The position numbers and the translations under genes were made by a program. A stretch of 64,000 nt of DNA, taken from NCBI GenBank assembly GCA_965204725.1, contig OZ242005.1, forward strand, positions 544,001-608,000, in the 5' to 3' direction. This document shows positions 39,035-47,097 of the stretch, in pieces; the first letter of the stretch is position 1, and the number at the start of each line of letters is the position of its first letter. Under the pieces are notes generated by a model. That model was not told the DNA's origin. It searched no databases and saw nothing but the letters and a program-made list of their open reading frames with translations. Origin of the DNA: Candidatus Latescibacterota bacterium. GTDB taxonomy: Bacteria > Latescibacterota > UBA2968 > UBA8231.

Positions 39035-40314
39035 GTGCCTGCGATCGCCTCAAACGCCCCGAGCTGACCGCGTATCAACTCAAGCGCCTGCATGCCCTGC
39101 TCCGGTCTGTGCTGGCGACCAACCCCCTGTACCGCGGCAAGCTCAACGAGGCCGGGATCGCGTACGCCGAGGATATCGCCTCCCTCAACGACTTGGCCCG
39201 CATCCCCGTTACCAGACGCGCCGAGCTTTCCGCCGACCAAATCGCGCATCCCCCTTATGGGACCAACCTCACCTATCCGCTCGAATGCTACACCCGCATC
39301 CACCAAACCTCCGGCACCACCGGCCAGCGCCTGCGCTGGCTCGACACCGCGGAAAGCTGGGAATGGTGGAGCCGCTGCTGGTTGGAGGTCTATCGCGCGG
39401 CCGGCGTCGGCCCTCGCGACCGCATCTTTTTCGCCTTCTCCTTTGGCCCTTTCATCGGCTTTTGGAGCGGGCACCAAAGCGCCAGCCGCACCGGCGCCCT
39501 AATCGTTCCCGGCGGCGGCATGTCTTCGGAGCAGCGCCTAGAGGCCATCATTGAAAACGAGGTCACCGTCCTCGTCTGCACGCCCACCTATGCCCTGCAC
39601 TTGGGAGAAGTCGCCCGCGCTCGCGGCCTCGACCTCGCCGCGAGCAGCGTCCACACCACCATCCACGCCGGCGAGCCGGGCGCGAGTGTGCCGGCGACCC
39701 GCGCCCAAATCGAGCGCACTTGGAACGCCCGCTGCTTCGACCACGCCGGGGCCACCGAAGTTGGCGCTTGGGGTTTCCAATGCGACAAACAGAAGGGCTT
39801 GCATATCAACGAGGGCGAGTTCATCTGCGAGGTCATTGACCCGCAAACCGGCGAACAGGCCAGCAAGGGCGAGCTGGTCATCACCAATCTCGGCCGCGTG
39901 GGGATGCCGGTCCTCCGCTACCGCACCGGCGACCTCATCGATCCCGAGTCCCCGTACGCGACCTGCGTCTGTGGACGCACCTTCCGGCAGATCCGCCGCG
40001 GCGTCATCGGCCGCATCGACGACGCCTTGCTCATTCGCGGCGTACTCATCTATCCCAGCGGCATCGAAAACATCGTGCGCCAGTTTCCCGCGGTCACCGA
40101 GTTCGCCGTGGATGTCCACCGGCGCAGCGCGCTTGATGAGTTGGAGGTGCGCCTAGAGGTCAGCGACCAAGCCGACGACACCGCCGAGCAAGTAGCACGC
40201 GCCCTCGCCCACCGGTTCGGGTTGCGCGCCGACGTCCAAATCGTCGCGCCGAACACGCTGCCGCGCTTTGAATTCAAGGCCCAGCGCTTCACCGATCACC
40301 GGACCCAGTCGTGA
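39031..40314 (+). CDS. Phenylacetate-CoA ligase (PaaK)-family adenylating enzyme
   Basis: HQTSGTTG, CTPTYA, HAGEPG, GATE, ELVITNL..P.LRYRTGD, GRIDD. Confidence 0.88.
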   Translation: MSACDRLKRPELTAYQLKRLHALLRSVLATNPLYRGKLNEAGIAYAEDIASLNDLARIPVTRRAELSADQIAHPPYGTNLTYPLECYTRIHQTSGTTGQRLRWLDTAESWEWWSRCWLEVYRAAGVGPRDRIFFAFSFGPFIGFWSGHQSASRTGALIVPGGGMSSEQRLEAIIENEVTVLVCTPTYALHLGEVARARGLDLAASSVHTTIHAGEPGASVPATRAQIERTWNARCFDHAGATEVGAWGFQCDKQKGLHINEGEFICEVIDPQTGEQASKGELVITNLGRVGMPVLRYRTGDLIDPESPYATCVCGRTFRQIRRGVIGRIDDALLIRGVLIYPSGIENIVRQFPAVTEFAVDVHRRSALDELEVRLEVSDQADDTAEQVARALAHRFGLRADVQIVAPNTLPRFEFKAQRFTDHRTQS

Positions 40315-41546
40315 GCGACGTCATCGTCATCGGCGGCGGCCCGGCCGGCAGCACAGTCGCCGCCCTCGTCGCCGAGACCGGCCGCTCTGTCCGGCTCTTC
40401 GAGCGGGAGCAATTCCCCCGCTTCGCGATCGGCGAGTCCCTAATGCCTGAGACCTACTGGACCTTCAACCGCCTCGGGGTGCTCGACCAGCTCAAAGACA
40501 GCACCTTCCCCCGCAAGCACAGCGTACAGTTTTTCGGCCCGTCGGGTCGCGGCTCCGCGCCCTTTTACTTTGCGGATACCAACCCCCACGAAAGCGCGGT
40601 GACTTGGCAGGTCTTGCGCGGCCCATTCGACGAGATGCTCCTCGACAATGCCCGCGCAAAAGGCGCGCACGTGCATCAGGGGGCCCGGGTCCTCAACGTG
40701 CTGTTGGAGGGGGAACGCGCCACCGGCGTACGCGCCAAGCTGGCCGATGGTCAAACCCGCGATTTTGCCGCGCAAGTCGTAGTCGATGCCACCGGCCAGA
40801 GCGCGCTGATTGGCCGCAAGCTCAAGCTGACCCAGCCCGAGCCCGAGCTGAAGAAGGCTTCAATTTACACCCACTATCGCGGCGGCCAGCGCGACGAAGG
40901 CATTGACGCCGGCGCGACCTTGATTCTCCACACCGCCAACCGGGACTCTTGGTTTTGGTACATTCCCCTGTCCGACGATGTGGTCAGCGTCGGCGTCGTC
41001 GGCGCGATCTCCTATTTGGTCCAAGGCCGCCGCGCCGCCGCGCAAACCATCTTCAACCAAGAGTTGGCCCAATGCCGCCCCCTGCAAGAGCGCCTGCAAC
41101 GCGCCGAGCCACTCTTTCCGGTCAAGACCACCAAGGACTTTTCCTATCGCGCCCGTCGCATGGCCGGCGAGGGCTGGGTGCTGGTCGGCGACGCATTTTG
41201 TTTTCTCGACCCGATGTACTCCTCGGGCGTGTACCTAGCCCTCAAATCCGGCGAGATGGCCGCCGACGCCATTGCCGGGGCCTTTGCCAAAGGCGACTTT
41301 TCGGCCGCGCAGTTGGGCGGTTTTGGGCCAGCGCTGGTGCGCGGCATGGAGGCGGTGCGCAAAATGGTGTACGCCTTCTACGCCAAGGACTTTAGCTTTG
41401 CCGAATTCCTCAAACGCCATCCCGAATGCAAACAGGGGGTCATTGACGTACTCAGCGGCAACCTCTTCAGCGAGCGCGTCGATCCCATTTTCGGGCCGAT
41501 GAGCGCGGTGTGCCCAATGCCCGCCGCCATTGCCTTGACGCGGTGA
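40311..41546 (+). CDS. FAD-dependent oxidoreductase with flavin-dependent halogenase motifs
   Basis: GGGPAG, FPRFAIGESL, F.RK, WFWYIP, GDAFCFLDPMYSSGV. Confidence 0.8.
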   Translation: MSDVIVIGGGPAGSTVAALVAETGRSVRLFEREQFPRFAIGESLMPETYWTFNRLGVLDQLKDSTFPRKHSVQFFGPSGRGSAPFYFADTNPHESAVTWQVLRGPFDEMLLDNARAKGAHVHQGARVLNVLLEGERATGVRAKLADGQTRDFAAQVVVDATGQSALIGRKLKLTQPEPELKKASIYTHYRGGQRDEGIDAGATLILHTANRDSWFWYIPLSDDVVSVGVVGAISYLVQGRRAAAQTIFNQELAQCRPLQERLQRAEPLFPVKTTKDFSYRARRMAGEGWVLVGDAFCFLDPMYSSGVYLALKSGEMAADAIAGAFAKGDFSAAQLGGFGPALVRGMEAVRKMVYAFYAKDFSFAEFLKRHPECKQGVIDVLSGNLFSERVDPIFGPMSAVCPMPAAIALTR

Positions 41547-41601
41547 CGCCTCTTTGCCTTTGTAAGGGCGATTCGCCAACCCCCTCTCGCTGGAGTACAA
41601 C

Positions 41602-41829
41602 ATGAACGCCACCGTCCGTCGGCTCCTCTACTTGGGGCTTTTGGTCCTCTACCTCCTGCACAACGACCTCTGGCTCTGGGACGATCCGCGCATCGTCTTG
41701 GGGCTGCCCATTGGGTTGCTCTACCACATCGGCTTCTGCGCGGCTGCGACCGGGCTGATGGTCTTGCTGGTCAACTACGCTTGGCCGGCCGAACTCGACG
41801 CGGAAGACGAGGAGCAGCAATCGGCATGA
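41602..41829 (+). CDS. Small membrane protein (DUF3311-like partner of the SSS transporter)
   Basis: Two TM segments, LHND.W.W....VLGLP.GL.YH; ATGA overlap with the symporter. Confidence 0.75.
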   Translation: MNATVRRLLYLGLLVLYLLHNDLWLWDDPRIVLGLPIGLLYHIGFCAAATGLMVLLVNYAWPAELDAEDEEQQSA

Positions 41830-43280
41830 CCACAGTCATCATCTTCTGCTATCTAGGGCTCGTACTCTGCATCGGCGTCCTCTCCAATCGCTTCTTTCGC
41901 GGCACGGGCGAGGACTACTTCGTCGCCAGCCGCTCCATCGGCCCCTTTCTGCTGCTGATGTCGCTGTTTGGCACCAACATGACCGCGTTTGCCATTTTGG
42001 GAGCCTCCGGCGAAGCCTACCACACCGGCATCGGCGTCTTTGCCCTGATGCCTTCGGGCGCGGCACTCATCATTCCGGCGGTTTTCTTCTTCATCGGCCC
42101 CCGCGTCTGGGCGCTGGGCAAGCGGCACAACTTACTCACCCAAGTCCAGTACTTCCGCCGTCGCTGGGACTCCGACGGCTTGGGGCTGCTCCTCTTTGTG
42201 GTCATGATCGCACTGCTGATTCCCTACCTGCTCATCGGCGTCATGGGCGGCGGCATTACCCTCGCCCAAGTTACCAAGGGGCAGATCCCCCAATGGGCCG
42301 GTGGGCTGCTGATCTGCTTGGTGGTGCTGACTTACGTCAGCTTCGGCGGCATGCGGAGCACCGCTTGGGCCAATGCCTTCCAAACGCTGGTCTTTATGAT
42401 TCTCGGCGGCGCGACCTTCTTCGTCATCGTCAACGAGTTGGGCGGGCTAGACCGCGCGCTCGCGCAAGTCGCAGCCGCGCACCCCGATCTCCTGATCAAG
42501 GGCGACCGCATCAGCCCGATCAAGCTGTTGACCTACACGTGTATCCCGCTGTCGGTGGGCATGTTCCCCCACCTGTTTACCCACTGGCTCACCGCCCAAA
42601 GCGCCCGCACCTTCCGCTATCCCCTGATGCTGTATCCCCTGTGCATCGCCATCGTCTGGATCCCCAGCGTGCTCTTGGGAATTTTTGGCCGCATTGACTT
42701 TCCCGGCCTTGAGGGCGCGGCCGCCAACTCCGTGCTCGTCAAGATGATCGACCTATACGCGCCCGGTGCGTTGGCCGGCTTGCTCGCGGCCGGCGTCTTT
42801 GCCGCCATTATGTCCTCGCTCGACTCGCAGGTGCTCTCCATCAGCAACATGTTCACTCAAGACATCGTCCGGCACTACCGCAAGGGCGACGAGCTGAGCG
42901 AAAAGGCCCAAGTCCTGTGGGGCCGCCTCTTTGTGATCGCGATCTTAGCCATTACCTACGTGCTCTCGCTGGTCTCGGCCCGCAGCATCTTCTCGCTCGC
43001 CGTCTGGTCCTTCACCGGCTTTGCCGCGCTCTTTCCGGTGGTCGTCGCCGCCCTCTTCTGGAAGCGCAGCACCCAATACGGCGCCTTGGCCTCGGTGCTC
43101 ACCGTGGCCGCGCTCTGGTCCTACTTCTTTTTTCAGGGGTGGCAAATCCCCGGCTACACGGTCGGCATGACCGGGGTGATGCCCGTGGCCGTGATCCTAG
43201 CCGCTTCGGCCGCGGCCATGGTCGGCGGCTCGCTGCTGACCAAGCCCCCGGCCAAAACCACTGTCGATGCCTTCTTCTAA
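41826..43280 (+). CDS. Sodium:solute symporter
   Basis: DYFVASRSIG, GGMR..AW...FQ, FAAIMSSLDSQ, multiple TM helices. Confidence 0.9.
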   Translation: MTTVIIFCYLGLVLCIGVLSNRFFRGTGEDYFVASRSIGPFLLLMSLFGTNMTAFAILGASGEAYHTGIGVFALMPSGAALIIPAVFFFIGPRVWALGKRHNLLTQVQYFRRRWDSDGLGLLLFVVMIALLIPYLLIGVMGGGITLAQVTKGQIPQWAGGLLICLVVLTYVSFGGMRSTAWANAFQTLVFMILGGATFFVIVNELGGLDRALAQVAAAHPDLLIKGDRISPIKLLTYTCIPLSVGMFPHLFTHWLTAQSARTFRYPLMLYPLCIAIVWIPSVLLGIFGRIDFPGLEGAAANSVLVKMIDLYAPGALAGLLAAGVFAAIMSSLDSQVLSISNMFTQDIVRHYRKGDELSEKAQVLWGRLFVIAILAITYVLSLVSARSIFSLAVWSFTGFAALFPVVVAALFWKRSTQYGALASVLTVAALWSYFFFQGWQIPGYTVGMTGVMPVAVILAASAAAMVGGSLLTKPPAKTTVDAFF

Positions 43281-43289
43281 CGATTAGCG

Positions 43290-44576
43290 ATGCGCCTTGC
43301 CTATATCACGGCCGGGGCCGCTGGCATGTACTGCGGCAGTTGCATCCACGACAACGCGCTCGCGGCCGCCTTGGTGCGCCGCGACCTCGACGTCGCCCTC
43401 ATCCCGACCTACACCCCGCTGCGCACGGACGAGGAAAACGTCGCCCTCGACCGCGTCTTCTACGGCGGCGTCAACATCTTCCTGCAACAGCAGTGGTCGT
43501 TTTTTCGCCGCACCCACCGCTTCTTCGACCGCATCCTCGACTCGCCGTTCCTGCTCCGCACCCTCGCGCGCTTTGGCTCTGCTACCAACGCCCGCGCTTT
43601 GGGGCCGCTCACCGTCTCGATTCTCGCCGGCGAGGAGGGGAACCAACAAAAGGAACTCACCCGCCTCATCGCCTATCTCCAGCGCGACTTCAAACCCGAC
43701 CTCATCGAGCTGACCAACGCCCTATTCGCCGGCATGGCTCGGCAATTAAAAGCCCGCCTGGGCGTCCCCGTGCTCTGCGCCCTGCAAGGCGAGGACCTTT
43801 TCTTGGACGGCCTGCCCGAACCCCACAAGACCCAAGCCCTGCACACCCTGCGCCAACGCGCCCAAGACATTGACGCCTTCATCGCGCCGTGTGCGTACTA
43901 CCAAGCGCAGATGGCCGCATACTTGCAGGTGCCGCGCACAAAAATCCACGTGGTCCCGCTCGGCCTCAACCTGACGGGACACCGCCGAGAGCCACCGCTC
44001 CCCTCCGACGGCCCCGGCAAAATCGGCTACCTCGCCCGGATATGCCCGGAAAAGGGCTTTCACCTGCTCGTCGATGCCTTCCGGCGCTTAAAAGAGCAGC
44101 CCGAATTTGCCGCCCTCCGCCTCGAAGCCGCGGGCTATCTCAGCGCGTACGACAAGCCTTACTTTGCGGAGCAAGTGCAAAAAATCCGCCGCTGGGGGCT
44201 AGCCGACTCGTTTGCCTATCACGGCGAGGTCGATCGGCGCGAAAAAATCCGCTTCCTCTGCTCGCTCCACGTCTTTTCCGTCCCTTCGGCCTACGCCGAT
44301 CCCAAGGGTCTGTCGGTTCTCGAAGCTTTAGCCAACGGCATTCCGGTCGTCCAGCCCAACCACGGCGCGTTCCCCGAGCTAATCGCGGCCACCGGCGGCG
44401 GCCTCCTCGTCGAACCCCATGCCTCCGCGCCCCTCGCCAACCAGCTTGCCGCCTTGCTCCGCGACGAAAAGCACCGCCGCCAACTCGGACAAACCGGCCA
44501 AACAGCAGTCCACACTCGCTTCCACGCCGACGCCATGGCCGCGGAGACGCTCGCCGTGTACGAGCGGTATCTGTAG
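43290..44576 (+). CDS. Family 4 glycosyltransferase
   Basis: ARICPEKG, DPKGLSVLEALANGIPVV, GAFPE; N-terminal YCGSC. Confidence 0.88.
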   Translation: MRLAYITAGAAGMYCGSCIHDNALAAALVRRDLDVALIPTYTPLRTDEENVALDRVFYGGVNIFLQQQWSFFRRTHRFFDRILDSPFLLRTLARFGSATNARALGPLTVSILAGEEGNQQKELTRLIAYLQRDFKPDLIELTNALFAGMARQLKARLGVPVLCALQGEDLFLDGLPEPHKTQALHTLRQRAQDIDAFIAPCAYYQAQMAAYLQVPRTKIHVVPLGLNLTGHRREPPLPSDGPGKIGYLARICPEKGFHLLVDAFRRLKEQPEFAALRLEAAGYLSAYDKPYFAEQVQKIRRWGLADSFAYHGEVDRREKIRFLCSLHVFSVPSAYADPKGLSVLEALANGIPVVQPNHGAFPELIAATGGGLLVEPHASAPLANQLAALLRDEKHRRQLGQTGQTAVHTRFHADAMAAETLAVYERYL

Positions 44577-44579
44577 CTA

Positions 44580-44745
44580 TAGCAGTCCTAAATGACTTGC
44601 AAGCATGTAGAGATGCTTCGACTACGCTGCGCTACGCTCAGCATGACACACAGACGGCTGCTTCGACTGCGCTGCGCTCAGCATGACACACAGACGGCTG
44701 CTTCGTCCCCCAGACCTTGTCATACTGAGCGAAGCGAAGTATCTC
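44580..44745. repeat. Solo IS630-type MITE end followed by a REP-like cluster
   Basis: TA|TAGCAGTCCTAAATGACT as at 20464; 45- and 40-bp tandem units (..GCTCAGCATGACACACAGACGGC..) and inverted TGTCATACTGAGCGAAGCGAAGTATCTC at 44718-44745. Confidence 0.7.
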
Positions 44746-44782
44746 ATACCCAAAACGCCATCCAGAACATCCCTTATGAAGG

Positions 44783-44810
44783 TTGACAGTGTAATACAAT
44801 GTGTTACACT
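44783..44810 (+). promoter_or_regulatory. higBA promoter with overlapping palindromic operator
   Basis: TTGACA, 16 bp, TG-extended TACACT; AGTGTAA-N9-TTACACT palindrome at 44788-44810. Confidence 0.7.
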
Positions 44811-44817
44811 TTTATAC

Positions 44818-45093
44818 GTGATCACAAGTTTCAAGCATAAAGGGCTTGCCGAACTTTTTGAGCGGGGTCACAGCCGCCGAGTGCGTTCGGATTTGCAAAG
44901 GCGCTGCTTGCGTCGTTTGGAAATTCTCGATCAAGCGGAATCATTGGCAGACTTGAATATACCGGGGTTCAACTTTCACGGTCTGCAAGGGTTGCCCAAA
45001 CGTTATACTATTCACGTCAATGGCCCGTGGTGTATCACGTTTGAATGGCAAGATGGGGATGCACTTAGGGTCCATTTTGAGCAATATCATTGA
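44818..45093 (+). CDS. higB: HigB (RelE/ParE superfamily) toxin
   Basis: ITSFKHKGLAELF...FH.L.G....Y.I.VNGPWCITFEW..GDA..V.FEQYH. Confidence 0.9.
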   Translation: MITSFKHKGLAELFERGHSRRVRSDLQRRCLRRLEILDQAESLADLNIPGFNFHGLQGLPKRYTIHVNGPWCITFEWQDGDALRVHFEQYH

Positions 45094-45100
45094 GGTGACA

Positions 45101-45457
45101 ATGGCCGAATATTCCGTCAACCGTCCGTTGAAGCGTGCGCCTGTTCATCCGGGGGAGATTCTGCGCGAAGATGTATTGCCGTCGCTTGAGTTATCGGTTA
45201 GTGAAGCTGCGCGACGGCTCGGTGTTTCGCGTCAACAATTGCATCGCGTTTTGGCTTGCACGCATCCGATTACAACCGAAATGGCACTTAGAATAGGAAA
45301 ACTCGTCGGCAACGGTCCTAAGCTGTGGTTGCGCCTGCAACAAGCTCGTGATTTGTGGCGTGTGGAGCAGCGTTTGGAAGACGAACTTGCAAAAATAAGA
45401 CCTGCAAATTCGACGCACTCCCAACGCGAAAGCATTGCTGGCGTCGCGCCGAGCTAA
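45101..45457 (+). CDS. higA: HigA antitoxin
   Basis: PVHPGEILREDVL, HTH, ITTEMALRIGK..GNGP..WL.LQ. Confidence 0.92.
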   Translation: MAEYSVNRPLKRAPVHPGEILREDVLPSLELSVSEAARRLGVSRQQLHRVLACTHPITTEMALRIGKLVGNGPKLWLRLQQARDLWRVEQRLEDELAKIRPANSTHSQRESIAGVAPS

Positions 45458-45513
45458 TCGCGGCCACCGGCGGTCCACACTCGCTTCCACGCCGACACCG
45501 TGTACGAGCGGTA
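45449..45513 (+). repeat. Deletion-riddled direct copy of the glycosyltransferase 3' end
   Basis: Three ordered identical blocks: 45449-45473=44374-44398, 45473-45496=44508-44531, 45498-45513=44554-44569. Confidence 0.85.
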
Positions 45514-45534
45514 CACCTAGAAAGGATCATCGCC

Positions 45535-46005
45535 ATGACTTGGCTCATCTTCGCCCTCCTCACTGTCGCTAGCTGGGGCCTCTACGGCGTCCTGCTACAC
45601 GCGGGTCAGATCGCCATGGCCGACCCGGTAAATGGCCGCTACAAAGCCTTTCTCTTCGTCGGCTTGGCCTATCTGCTCGCTGCGGTCTTTGGCTCGCTGA
45701 TCGTCCTCGCTTACAGTGGGGCGAATTGGCTCTACCCGGCCAAGGGCGTCTTTTGGTCCACGGCCGCCGGCATCGCCGGCGCCATCGGCGCGTTGGGCGT
45801 CCTGCTCGCCTTTGGCGCCAAGGGGACGCCGGCCGTGGTCATGTCCATCGTCTTTGCCGGGGCGCCCATCGTCAACGCGGTCGTCGCCGCGCTCGTGCAT
45901 CCGCCCGCCGGGGGCTGGGCGACCGTGCGCTGGCCCTTTGTCCTCGGCATCGTCTTGGCCGCCTTGGGCGGCTGCTTGGTCACCTTCTTCCGCCCGGGCA
46001 ACTGA
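45535..46005 (+). CDS. Small DMT/EamA-like membrane protein
   Basis: About five TM helices, WG.YG, G..GA.G....LA...GG.P..V..IVF.GAP. Confidence 0.7.
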   Translation: MTWLIFALLTVASWGLYGVLLHAGQIAMADPVNGRYKAFLFVGLAYLLAAVFGSLIVLAYSGANWLYPAKGVFWSTAAGIAGAIGALGVLLAFGAKGTPAVVMSIVFAGAPIVNAVVAALVHPPAGGWATVRWPFVLGIVLAALGGCLVTFFRPGN

Positions 46006-46006
46006 C

Positions 46007-46423
46007 GTGTCGGCTGCGTTTTGCACGCGCCGCCGCGTCGAGTGGGCCGATACCGATCAGGCCGGTATCGTTCACTTTGCCCGCTTTTTCGTCTTTATGG
46101 AGGCGGCCGAGCACGCTTTCTGGCGCAGCCTCGGCCTGAGCGTCCACCGCGAGCACGACGGCGACCTCATTAGCTGGCCCCGCCTCGTCGCCGAATGCGA
46201 GTACTTCCGGCCGGTCGCCTTTGAAGACGTCCTCGACATCGAGCTATACCTCGAAAAGCAGGGCGAGAAATCCCTCAGCTTTCGCTTCGACTTCCACTGC
46301 AATGGCGAACCGATCGCCCGAGGGCGGCTCAAGGTGGCCTGCTGCGTCTGCAATCCGGGCGAGCGCATCCGCGCCATCCCCATCCCAGCCTGTATCGCCC
46401 GCAAACTGGCGACGCCTCCATGA
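46007..46423 (+). CDS. 4HBT/YbgC-like acyl-CoA thioesterase
   Basis: RRVEWADTDQAGIVHFARFF..ME.AE, CEYFRPV.FED; GTG start at 46007. Confidence 0.88.
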   Translation: MSAAFCTRRRVEWADTDQAGIVHFARFFVFMEAAEHAFWRSLGLSVHREHDGDLISWPRLVAECEYFRPVAFEDVLDIELYLEKQGEKSLSFRFDFHCNGEPIARGRLKVACCVCNPGERIRAIPIPACIARKLATPP

Positions 46424-47097
46424 ACCCAGTTCCGGCCCTCGTCGCCTCTACGGTCTGCAAGCACTTCGCCCTCGGCGACCAGACCATTGAAGTGCTGCGC
46501 GGCGTTTCGCTGCGCGTCGATAAGGGCGAGTCTGTGGCGCTTATCGGTCCGTCCGGTTCGGGCAAGAGCACCTTGCTGCACCTGCTCGGCACCCTCGACC
46601 CCCCGACCTCGGGCCAGATCGCCATCGCCGGCGAGGATCCCCTCACCCTTGCCGAACCGCAACTCGCCCGCTTCCGCAACCAGCACATCGGCTTCGTCTT
46701 CCAAAACCACCACCTGCTGCCCCAATACTCAGCCCTCGAAAACGCCCTAATCCCGGCCCTCGCCTTTCCCCAAGCCGACCAGCGCACCCGCGCCGACGAC
46801 CTGTTGCGAGCCGTCGGTTTGGAACAGCGTCTGCACCATCGCCCGGCCGAGCTGTCGGGCGGCGAATGCCAGCGCGTGGCCGTGGCGCGCGCCTTGCTCA
46901 ACCAGCCCGGTCTCTTGCTCTGCGACGAGCCGACCGGCAGCCTCGACCGTCAGACGGCGGCCACGGTTGCCGACCTGCTCTTCGCGCTCCACCGCACCGA
47001 GCGAGCCGCCCTCGTCATCGCTACCCACGACCTCGACCTAGCGGCCCGCTGCGACCGACGCCTGCATCTGCGCGAGGGTATGTGCATCGAAGCCTGA
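46420..47097 (+). CDS. ABC transporter ATP-binding protein (LolD-like)
   Basis: [31 protein letters not shown]. Confidence 0.92.
   Translation: MNPVPALVASTVCKHFALGDQTIEVLRGVSLRVDKGESVALIGPSGSGKSTLLHLLGTLDPPTSGQIAIAGEDPLTLAEPQLARFRNQHIGFVFQNHHLLPQYSALENALIPALAFPQADQRTRADDLLRAVGLEQRLHHRPAELSGGECQRVAVARALLNQPGLLLCDEPTGSLDRQTAATVADLLFALHRTERAALVIATHDLDLAARCDRRLHLREGMCIEA

Noticed and set aside
44614-44705. Possible mini CRISPR array
   Set aside because: The units are adjacent tandem repeats without unique spacers, they are REP-like, and there are no cas genes.
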